In this document: positions 8,519-16,264 of the stretch, one piece after another | Layout of the letters: the number at the start of each line of letters is the position of its first letter | Numbering within the stretch: the stretch's first letter is position 1 | NCBI GenBank assembly: GCA_964511435.1 | Contig: CAZEFH010000005.1 | Span: 1 to 55,589 of the forward strand | Direction: 5' to 3' | DNA: 55,589 nt | From: an uncultured Candidatus Saccharibacteria bacterium | GTDB taxonomy: Bacteria; Patescibacteriota; CPR2; UBA1875; CAIMLA01 | Notes under the pieces: generated by a model | What the model was told of the DNA's origin: nothing | Database searches by the model: none | The model's input: only the letters and a program-made list of their open reading frames with translations | Position numbers and translations under genes: made by a program

Positions 8519-8781
8519 TTCTTGTTGCGACGTTCGATGGTGACTGTTGCAGTCACGCGGTCCGAGTCAATAGAGACCATGTCGTATGGTCCACTGGCAG
8601 TAGAGCCGTTCTGGCAGTACAATCTGCGGTCGTTACTTACGATGGCAGTGCCATCACCAAGTACTCGCACCAGACGGGGCGGAAGTACAGCCGCAAGCGC
8701 AGCTAGGAAGCTCACACCATCTGGGACATCAAGTCTCTGACTCCTCCCATCGTAAGTAACGATAGCACCTGACTCAAACAT
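8506..8781 (-). CDS. Hypothetical 91-aa protein, possibly beta-grasp (ubiquitin-like) fold; GC-rich island 2
   Basis: SD GAGGAGGTGA before ATG 8781; beta-beta-alpha-beta pattern, ends KKKAG. Confidence 0.65.
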   Translation of the reverse strand: MFESGAIVTYDGRSQRLDVPDGVSFLAALAAVLPPRLVRVLGDGTAIVSNDRRLYCQNGSTASGPYDMVSIDSDRVTATVTIERRNKKKAG

Positions 8782-8885
8782 ACACTCACCTCCTCGGCGA
8801 ATCGGAAACAAGAAGACTGCTTCTGCAGTGTGGTGATATTACTATTTACAATCTGAAATAGCAAGACTAACCCACGATAAAATAC

Positions 8886-8914
8886 TTGACAAATATGATA
8901 TATTATGCTAGAAT
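8886..8914 (+). promoter_or_regulatory. Sigma70 promoter for 8991 ORF
   Basis: TTGACA-N17-TAGAAT with TGn extended -10. Confidence 0.8.
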
Positions 8915-8990
8915 ATAGCACGAGTCGCACAAATCGTGCGTCTAGTGGGGAACGCTCCCTACACCATACGTCACAGATTGGAGCGTTGAC

Positions 8991-9305
8991 ATGAAGAGTC
9001 ACCCGTGGCTATACATCATTCTTCCTGCGTTCCTGGGGGTCATCGTGGCCCTTGCAGGAGCAAGCTGGGTCAGCAACGCCTACAGCCCGCGTAAGTGGGC
9101 GGAACAGGCACCGCTCAACCACTCTGTGGTCGGAAGTGCTGACCCATTCTGGACCAGGCTCGATGATGCTATCAAGTCATCGGATCGCGCCGGAGTTCCA
9201 ATGGACGAGTTGGTGACCATCATTCAAACGCGTCCTGATAATCCCAACCACGACCTGGTCCCGATACCCTACAACCAGTGGGTATCGGGCCAGTATGATC
9301 ACTAG
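8991..9305 (+). CDS. Hypothetical membrane-anchored/secreted protein, 104 aa
   Basis: N-terminal hydrophobic segment LYIILPAFLGVIVALAGASW; SD GGAG; GC-rich codons. Confidence 0.7.
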   Translation: MKSHPWLYIILPAFLGVIVALAGASWVSNAYSPRKWAEQAPLNHSVVGSADPFWTRLDDAIKSSDRAGVPMDELVTIIQTRPDNPNHDLVPIPYNQWVSGQYDH

Positions 9306-9312
9306 CGAAACG

Positions 9313-9486
9313 GCGGGATTCTGGCATGGGTGTTGCCCCTTGAGCCGCAAGCTCAAGGAAAAGGGCGGTCCATCCCGCCCTCCCGCTTACAATTTCCCTG
9401 CCCCCAGGGAGACGGCCGTACGGGAAACCCCTCCTCGTACGGCACGACACTTCACAGCCCTCAGCGCTTCGGCGTCTGAGGGCTGT
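9313..9486 (+). ncRNA. Densely structured 3' region (multi-hairpin), unassigned; last hairpin probably a terminator
   Basis: Five to six consecutive perfect stems, the last ACAGCCCTCAG-CGC-ttcg-GCG-t-CTGAGGGCTGT followed by TTCT. Confidence 0.4.
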
Positions 9487-9518
9487 TTCTATATATATAA
9501 CTTTGCTACAATAGTGAT

Positions 9519-10304
9519 ATGAAGAATTACTTACAAGAATCAGGACTCGACTTCTCCATTGGAGAAGATAAGCTCATTTATAAAAAAGAAGACTTTTCTC
9601 AGGCGGTTGACTGGATTAAAGACTATCAGTTTGCAAAATATGCCTACAAAGATCAATCCCAGGAATCCGGACCTACATATTTCGGTGTTCGATATATGGA
9701 AAGAACTGAAGATAAAGAGCTGCTACTAAATAATGGTATTATGGGTGACATTACTGTATTCCAGCCAGGTTTAGTCGGCGATGAATACGTCAAAACTGTC
9801 GGACACTATCACGGTCACACTGTTGATCAAAATACCTCCTATCCTGAGGTGTACCAAAATATTGCTGGCAAGGTAGAATACCTCCTACAAACTGAGCCAG
9901 ATAAAAACGGCGAGGTAGATGTGCTTTACGTCGTCACAGAGCCAGGTGATAAAGTGGTAATGCCACCCAATGTTGGTCATGTCAGTCTAAATGCCGGTGA
10001 CGATATAGCAGTCGAATGCGACCTCCAGAAACGTGATAATCCTGACGATTCCGAATATGGCGAATTCAAAGATTTTGTTGGTGGCGCACTTTATCGCACT
10101 AAGGATGGATTAGAAGAGAATCCTCACTATAAGATAAAGTCGCTACGCATCGTTCGCCCCCTTGAGAAGCCAGAGTGGGGCCTCACCAAAGAAAAACCGC
10201 TTTACACTTCGTTCACTGAGAACCCTGATAAGTTCAAATGGCTTACAGAGCCACAGAATTATGATTTCAATCTCGAGGAACTTTTCGAGGACATAGAGCT
10301 TTAA
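9519..10304 (+). CDS. Glucose-6-phosphate isomerase, cupin (archaeal PgiA-like) type
   Basis: DITVFQPG..GDEYVKTVGHYH, YPEVY, GDKVVMPPNVGHVSLN. Confidence 0.85.
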   Translation: MKNYLQESGLDFSIGEDKLIYKKEDFSQAVDWIKDYQFAKYAYKDQSQESGPTYFGVRYMERTEDKELLLNNGIMGDITVFQPGLVGDEYVKTVGHYHGHTVDQNTSYPEVYQNIAGKVEYLLQTEPDKNGEVDVLYVVTEPGDKVVMPPNVGHVSLNAGDDIAVECDLQKRDNPDDSEYGEFKDFVGGALYRTKDGLEENPHYKIKSLRIVRPLEKPEWGLTKEKPLYTSFTENPDKFKWLTEPQNYDFNLEELFEDIEL

Positions 10305-10359
10305 AATTACCCTGAAATCAGCTATAATACGAGCGTCCTGATTCGTCAGGACGCTTTTC

Positions 10360-10448
10360 GGAAGGATCGCATAGTTGGCCTAGTGCGCACGCTTGGAAAG
10401 CGTGTATACCGCAAGGTATCGAGGGTTCGAATCCCTCTCCTTCCGCCA
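10360..10448 (+). tRNA. tRNA-Ser (GGA)
   Basis: Cloverleaf, anticodon arm CACGC-TTGGAAA-GCGTG, long variable arm, GGTTCGAATCC, encoded CCA. Confidence 0.97.
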
Positions 10449-10479
10449 AAATGCCTCAACGCATGTTGAGGCATTTTTA
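10448..10479 (+). terminator. Intrinsic terminator after tRNA-Ser
   Basis: AAAATGCCTCAAC-gcat-GTTGAGGCATTTT plus T-run. Confidence 0.85.
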
Positions 10480-10529
10480 TTTCGAGCTCTGTCACGTATA
10501 ATAGATATGTAATTAAGGAGGACTCGGAA

Positions 10530-11333
10530 ATGCAGGTTGAAGGAAAAGTATTTGTCGTTACAGGTGCTGCTAGCGGAATGGGGAAAGAGATTACTCTTCA
10601 GCTACTAAAAAAAGGCGCCAAGGTGGCTGCGGTTGACCTCAAGGAAGAAGCGCTCACAGAACTAGTAGCAGCAGTGGGAAATCCCCATGAAAATCTTTCG
10701 ACATATGCGGTAAATGTGTCGGACAAGAAGGCTGTTGAGGCTTTGCCGGCCGCTGTAATCAAAGACTTCGGTGGGGTAGATGCCATTATCAATAATGCCG
10801 GCATCATTCAGCCATTTGTGAAAGTAAATGACCTAGACTATGATGCCATCGAGCGCGTAATGAACGTAAACTTCTACGGTGTCCTATACATGACTAAGGC
10901 GTTTCTACCATATCTACTAAAGCGTCCTGCGGCATATGTAGCCAATACTTCCAGTATGGGAGGCTTTCTACCAGTCCCAGGACAAGGAGTCTATGGAGCC
11001 TCAAAAGCAGCGGTAAAACTGATGACCGAGGCGCTCTATGCCGAACTAAAAGATACCAGTGTCGGAGTGTCTATCATTTTCCCGGGAGCTATCAACACTC
11101 ACATCACCGAGAACTCCGGTGTAAAGGCACCTAGTATGCCAAAGGGTGCCAAAGAATACAAAACTCTCAGTGCCGATAAGGCGGCAGCGATCATTATTGC
11201 CGGCATCGAGAAGAATCAACCACAAATTTTTGTGGGATCAGACTCGAAAATGATGAATTTGCTCTATCGCCTAAATCCTGTAGGCGCAACTAATCTTATC
11301 GCCAAGCAAATGAAAGACCTACTAGGTAAATAA
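10530..11333 (+). CDS. Short-chain dehydrogenase/reductase
   Basis: TGAASGMG, NNAG, YGASK catalytic motif. Confidence 0.95.
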   Translation: MQVEGKVFVVTGAASGMGKEITLQLLKKGAKVAAVDLKEEALTELVAAVGNPHENLSTYAVNVSDKKAVEALPAAVIKDFGGVDAIINNAGIIQPFVKVNDLDYDAIERVMNVNFYGVLYMTKAFLPYLLKRPAAYVANTSSMGGFLPVPGQGVYGASKAAVKLMTEALYAELKDTSVGVSIIFPGAINTHITENSGVKAPSMPKGAKEYKTLSADKAAAIIIAGIEKNQPQIFVGSDSKMMNLLYRLNPVGATNLIAKQMKDLLGK

Positions 11334-11334
11334 G

Positions 11335-11664
11335 ATGGAATACAGTAGAGAAGAAATCGAATCAAAGGCAATTAGGATTTCTGCCACAGATGGTGACAAG
11401 GAAATCGGCCATGCATTCTTATTCTTAATAACAAACGACTTACATAAAGAGCCATATGGCCTGCTAGAAGACCTCAAAATTGAGGAGGATTTCCAGGGTA
11501 ATGGCTATGGCCCAAAACTAACGGAAGAAATAATCCGGGTCGCCAAGGAAAGAGGATGCTACAAGCTTCTTGCAACCAGCCGTTTTAGCCGAGAACACGT
11601 TCATCGAATGTATGAGAAACTCGGCTTTGAGAAAAACGGCTATGATTTCAGAATGAATTTATAA
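11335..11664 (+). CDS. GNAT family N-acetyltransferase
   Basis: FQGNGYG acetyl-CoA motif A, YEKLGF. Confidence 0.85.
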   Translation: MEYSREEIESKAIRISATDGDKEIGHAFLFLITNDLHKEPYGLLEDLKIEEDFQGNGYGPKLTEEIIRVAKERGCYKLLATSRFSREHVHRMYEKLGFEKNGYDFRMNL

Positions 11665-11682
11665 ATTAATAAGAGCAATAAG

Positions 11683-12114
11683 ATGTCGGAGTATCCTGAT
11701 AATAATATAGAACACCTAATCAATAGTGCTTTTGAAGATACAAATCCTGCACTTATTCATGAAATGGCAGAAAAACCAGAGCGTATAATCGCCATTAATA
11801 GTTATCTTGAACTCGCTCGTACTGAACTCGCTAAGCTTCAAGAAAAATACAACATCTCGAAGGCAAATGTCGACACCAACGAAGAAATGGAACTAAGACA
11901 TGAGATTAGCGCTACTTCGCTCGCCGTTGCAGTTTTCGAAGATCTTCATGCAAAAGGCTACCAATACAAGGACGAAATAGTCTCTGCAATTGATAATTCT
12001 ATCGAAATTGCACGCACAAATTATGACAGTAATGACCCCATGCTTGGAAGGATGATTGACGTAGCAGACAAGGCAAAACAGATCATTCAAGAAGCTGAAG
12101 GATATACGCAATGA
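11683..12114 (+). CDS. Hypothetical helical protein
   Basis: 143-aa ORF in operon-like spacing; no motif recognised. Confidence 0.7.
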   Translation: MSEYPDNNIEHLINSAFEDTNPALIHEMAEKPERIIAINSYLELARTELAKLQEKYNISKANVDTNEEMELRHEISATSLAVAVFEDLHAKGYQYKDEIVSAIDNSIEIARTNYDSNDPMLGRMIDVADKAKQIIQEAEGYTQ

Positions 12115-12347
12115 AATCAATCAGCTTGGGACTATATAAACACTATAAGGGTAACCTGTATGAGGTGGTCGGTGTTGCAACTCATAGTGAAACCCTAGAA
12201 GAACTAGTAGTATATTACGCTTTATATCCCATAGAGGGACGTGGTGATAAATCACTTTGGGTCAGGCCATATGAAATGTTCACAGGGACAGTAGCAGTCG
12301 ACGGTAAAGAAGTTCCGCGATTTGAATATATTGGCGATAAAGAATAA
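12111..12347 (+). CDS. DUF1653 family protein
   Basis: GLYKHYKGNLYEV...HSET.E.LVVYYALY...WVRPYEMF. Confidence 0.9.
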   Translation: MKSISLGLYKHYKGNLYEVVGVATHSETLEELVVYYALYPIEGRGDKSLWVRPYEMFTGTVAVDGKEVPRFEYIGDKE

Positions 12348-12425
12348 TTTCCTTCAACTTTGTTATTATTTGTACTATAATCACCGCACGGAGGGAAACG
12401 AGAGAGCGATTGGAGTGAGTTCAAT

Positions 12426-12833
12426 ATGAACACACCTAGCCTTGTCTTGGTGGTTTGGGTTTTCTACCACCAGGTCACGAACGATGCTGATCGTGGAGTG
12501 ATTCGCGCGAGGATTCTCAGTGGCCTCCAGACCATCTTCGGCATCGCGCCGGAAAACGTGGAGGTACATTTCCAGTCCTTGGAGCTACCTGAAGCTGGAT
12601 TCCGCTTCCACATTGAACACAGCAACTTGGTTTCGGCCGAGCTAGCTGATTCCATCAGTCAGAATCTGACTCGATCTGGGATCCGTTGGTGTGCAACACA
12701 ACTCGACGAGACAACCTGCTTCGAGTCGTCCTGCACTGTCGGTCCGATCACCGGGATCGCCCCCATCGGGAAGACCTTCAGCTTCCCGATGACGTCCGGT
12801 GAGGCACCGCTCGAAGCGTTCAGCTGCATCTAG
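12426..12833 (+). CDS. Hypothetical protein, GC-rich island 3
   Basis: Own TATAAT at 12376-12381, SD GGAGTGAG, downstream GC hairpin 12853-12884; tautomerase-like segment IFGIAPENVEVHF. Confidence 0.7.
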   Translation: MNTPSLVLVVWVFYHQVTNDADRGVIRARILSGLQTIFGIAPENVEVHFQSLELPEAGFRFHIEHSNLVSAELADSISQNLTRSGIRWCATQLDETTCFESSCTVGPITGIAPIGKTFSFPMTSGEAPLEAFSCI

Positions 12834-12950
12834 CGCGCACTCTCGCTCATCACTGGCCCGAACCCGCACCCGCGGTTTCGGGCCAGGGCACTTTATACAC
12901 TATAAATAATTCAGTTTATGCGTTATAATCCAAGCACGAAAGGGGACTAA

Positions 12951-13370
12951 ATGAAAATTGTAATCGGTGGCTCTATGGGTTTTGCCAAAGAACAAGTTGA
13001 AGCAAAAAGAGTATTGGAAGGAGCCGGACACGAAGTTCTAGTTACTGAAAATATTGAAAAATACGTTGATTCTCCAGCGATAAAGTCCAGTTTCGAAGAA
13101 GAACTAAAGATCTCACTAGAATACGACATTATGCGTGATTTTTTTAACAAAATTGCAGAATCTGATGCGTTTTTAGTAATGAATTACCCCAAAAAAGGAA
13201 TTGATGGCTACTTGGGCGCCTCAGTCTTAATGGAGATGGGGCTTGCCTATTATTTGAAAAAGAAAGTCTTTCTTTTATTCCCCGTTGACAAAGAACAAGG
13301 CTACGCGCTGGAGTCTGCGATAATTAATCCACTGATTCTTAATGGAGATATTACAAACATTAGGGGCTAA
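12951..13370 (+). CDS. Hypothetical protein, nucleoside 2-deoxyribosyltransferase-like fold
   Basis: MKIVIGGSM, ESDAFLVMN, GYLGASVLMEMGLAY pattern. Confidence 0.7.
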   Translation: MKIVIGGSMGFAKEQVEAKRVLEGAGHEVLVTENIEKYVDSPAIKSSFEEELKISLEYDIMRDFFNKIAESDAFLVMNYPKKGIDGYLGASVLMEMGLAYYLKKKVFLLFPVDKEQGYALESAIINPLILNGDITNIRG

Positions 13371-15122
13371 ATGACTGAACTCGAAGAGATTAAAAATCGC
13401 CTCGATATTGTCGAATATATCGGGAAATATGTACCACTGAAACAGGCCGGGCGAAACCACAAAGGCCTGTGTCCTTTTCACAATGAAAAGACCGGTAGCT
13501 TCATGGTGAATAGCGAGAAGCAGATCTATCACTGTTTTGGATGCGGTAAGGGTGGCGATATTTTCTCTTTTGTGCAGGAGATAGAGGGCGTTGACTTCCC
13601 TACCGCCCTCAAGGAGCTCGCAGACAAGGCTGGGGTAAAGCTCCCCGAGAGAGCCAACTTCCGCAAAGAGCCGACTGACATCCTCTATGAAATCAGTGAG
13701 CAAGCTTGTCAGCTGTATGAAAAAGAGCTACATTCACCTGCAAACAAGTCAGTCCTGAATTATCTGCACGACCGCGGCATGACCGACGAAACAATCAAGC
13801 TTTATCGCCTCGGCTTCGCCCCTCAGTCTGGCGACATTGTGGTGAAAGACCTCATAAAAACCGGTTTTACTAAGGAAGACCTCATCAAGGCTGGCGTTGC
13901 CAAAGAGAGAAATGAACGTTTCCTAGACCAATTTTTTAACCGAATTACCTTCCCTATTACCAATCCGAGTGGCAAGGTGGTCGCCTTTACAGCTCGAGTC
14001 CTCGATAATTCACTCCCCAAATACATTAACACTCCTGAGACACCGATTTACCATAAATCTAGTATCCTCTTTAACTTTGACAAGGCGAAGGAACAGATTC
14101 GCAAGCAGGATCACGTTATCGTCGTCGAAGGTCAGATGGACGCAATATTTTCCTATCAGGCTGGAGTAAAAAATGTCGTTGCCTCCTCTGGAACTGCCCT
14201 CACCGAGACTCAGCTCGACCTCATCAAGAGGTTCACCAAGAATATCAAGATGTCATTTGACGTTGATAATGCTGGCCAGATAGCAACACGGCGCGCCATC
14301 GAACTAGCGTGGGCCCGTGAGTACAATATCAAAGTGATCTCTGTGCCAGAGGGCAAGGACCCTGCTGACCTCGTCAAGAGTGATCCGAAGAAGTGGGTCA
14401 AAGCTTGTCGCGAAGCCAAATATGTGGTAGACTACATCTTTGACAGCACCTTTGCTCGGTACGATCTCGGCAACATTTTACACAAAAAGGCTGCTACCAA
14501 GGAGCTCCTTGGCTGGATAAGCAAGCTTCCCGACATCGTAGAGCGTGAACACTATCTCAATCTGCTGGGCGCTAAAGTTGGCGTCAGTGTCGCATCTCTT
14601 ACAGATGCCCTCGCCAAAGTATCAAAAACCGCTAGCACGAGACGAGAGACCGCTCCAGAAAAGCCAGTTGCAAAGGAGAAAACAGGCAAAAGCCGTGAAG
14701 AACACGCTTTAGCTATGCTGCTCATAGTTCCTACATACGTCGAATTTTTCTTCAATAAGCTATCAGTAGCTGATTTTACAGAAGAAAACGTGAAAAAATT
14801 TGTCACGGACATAAAGGACATTTACGATAAAACTGAAAAATTTGACGAGTCTGCCTGGGAGAAAAACCTCAGTGAAACTGACTCATCCTATATTAAAAAA
14901 TTGATTATTCTCACAGAAGATGAGCTTGCAGAAGCAAATGACGAGCTACTCTCTGAGGAACTTTTCTACTCTGTGATGAGAGTAAAAACCGACTCGCTAG
15001 ACCGGAAGAAGAAGACTGTGAGCGCACGGCTTGCCGCCGCTGAGAAGGGTGGCGACAAAAAGCTTCAGACGGAGCTACTTACTGAGTTTCAAAAAATTAT
15101 AAATGAAGAACGAAATCTATAA
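13371..15122 (+). CDS. dnaG: DNA primase
   Basis: Zn finger CPFHNEKTGSF...HCFGCG, PKYINTPET, TOPRIM VVEGQMD, FDVDNAG. Confidence 0.98.
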   Translation: MTELEEIKNRLDIVEYIGKYVPLKQAGRNHKGLCPFHNEKTGSFMVNSEKQIYHCFGCGKGGDIFSFVQEIEGVDFPTALKELADKAGVKLPERANFRKEPTDILYEISEQACQLYEKELHSPANKSVLNYLHDRGMTDETIKLYRLGFAPQSGDIVVKDLIKTGFTKEDLIKAGVAKERNERFLDQFFNRITFPITNPSGKVVAFTARVLDNSLPKYINTPETPIYHKSSILFNFDKAKEQIRKQDHVIVVEGQMDAIFSYQAGVKNVVASSGTALTETQLDLIKRFTKNIKMSFDVDNAGQIATRRAIELAWAREYNIKVISVPEGKDPADLVKSDPKKWVKACREAKYVVDYIFDSTFARYDLGNILHKKAATKELLGWISKLPDIVEREHYLNLLGAKVGVSVASLTDALAKVSKTASTRRETAPEKPVAKEKTGKSREEHALAMLLIVPTYVEFFFNKLSVADFTEENVKKFVTDIKDIYDKTEKFDESAWEKNLSETDSSYIKKLIILTEDELAEANDELLSEELFYSVMRVKTDSLDRKKKTVSARLAAAEKGGDKKLQTELLTEFQKIINEERNL

Positions 15123-15143
15123 CTAGAGTTAAAGGAGTACACA

Positions 15144-16223
15144 TTGGCTAAAGAAAATGATTTTGACAAAGCCGTCGATGCCCTTATTGCAAAAGGGCGC
15201 GAACAGGGCTTCGTCACCCAAGAAGAAATCCTTGGAAGATTCCCTGACGTCGAAGATAACATCGAGAAGCTTGATGAACTGTATGCATCTCTATCTGATC
15301 AGGGCATCGAAGTACTCGATAATCGCGAAAAGATGATTTGGGGTGAAGATGGTGACGGGGAAGAAGTAGACACTAGCTTCGATGACATCTCTGAGCTAGC
15401 TGATGACTCAGTGCGAATGTATCTCCGTGAAATCGGCAAGATTCCTCTCCTTACCCAAGCAGAGGAAGTTGATCTCGCAAAAAAGATCGAAGCAGGAGAC
15501 AAACAAGCCAAGAAGCGTCTGGCGGAGGCAAATATGCGTCTTGTAGTCTCTATCGCAAAGAAATATATCGGTCGTGGTCTAGACCTACTAGACCTAATAC
15601 AGGAAGGGAATACCGGTCTACTTCGTGCTGTAGTAAAGTTTGACTATACCAAAGGCTTCAAGTTCTCCACTTATGCGACTTGGTGGATCCGCCAAGCTAT
15701 CACTCGTGCCATCGCCGACCAAGCGCGTACTATTCGTATCCCTGTGCACATGGTTGAGACTATCAATAAGCTTATCCGTACTCAGCGTCGTCTCCTTCAG
15801 GAGCTGGGCCGCGAGCCACTTCCCGAGGAAATTGCGCTCGAGATGGGCATCGAAGTTGAAAAGGTTAATTACATCCTGAAAATTAAGGAAGATACCGTAT
15901 CAATCGAGGCTCCAGTAGGTGAAGAGGAAGACTCTCGGCTTGCTGACTTCATCGAAGACCGTGACTCGACTACTCCAGAAGAAGCTGCCACCTATCAGCT
16001 GCTCAAAGAGAATATTAATGAAGTACTACAGCTTCTAACTCCGCGTGAGCAAAAGATTTTGCGCATGCGCTTTGGTCTCGACGATGGCAGAGCTCACACA
16101 CTTGAGGAGACCGGGCAAGAGTTCGGCGTTACTCGTGAGCGCATCCGCCAGATTGAGTCAAAGGCGCTTCAGAAGCTTAAGAAGCACCGCGAAAGCAAGA
16201 AACTACGAGACTACCTATACTAA
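15144..16223 (+). CDS. rpoD: RNA polymerase primary sigma factor
   Basis: [58 protein letters not shown]. Confidence 0.98.
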   Translation: MAKENDFDKAVDALIAKGREQGFVTQEEILGRFPDVEDNIEKLDELYASLSDQGIEVLDNREKMIWGEDGDGEEVDTSFDDISELADDSVRMYLREIGKIPLLTQAEEVDLAKKIEAGDKQAKKRLAEANMRLVVSIAKKYIGRGLDLLDLIQEGNTGLLRAVVKFDYTKGFKFSTYATWWIRQAITRAIADQARTIRIPVHMVETINKLIRTQRRLLQELGREPLPEEIALEMGIEVEKVNYILKIKEDTVSIEAPVGEEEDSRLADFIEDRDSTTPEEAATYQLLKENINEVLQLLTPREQKILRMRFGLDDGRAHTLEETGQEFGVTRERIRQIESKALQKLKKHRESKKLRDYLY

Positions 16224-16248
16224 AAAGAGGCCCGAAAGGGCCTCTTTT
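16223..16248 (+). terminator. Intrinsic terminator after rpoD
   Basis: AAAAGAGGCCC-gaaa-GGGCCTCTTTT. Confidence 0.85.
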
Positions 16249-16264
16249 CTGCTATAATTAGAGT

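Noticed and set aside
9313-9392. Cloverleaf as a real tRNA or pseudo-tRNA
   Set aside because: No TTCRA T-loop, no D-loop GG, no 7-nt anticodon loop, no CCA.
10360-12900. Accessory genes downstream of tRNA-Ser as an integrative element
   Set aside because: No integrase and no duplicated tRNA 3' end found.
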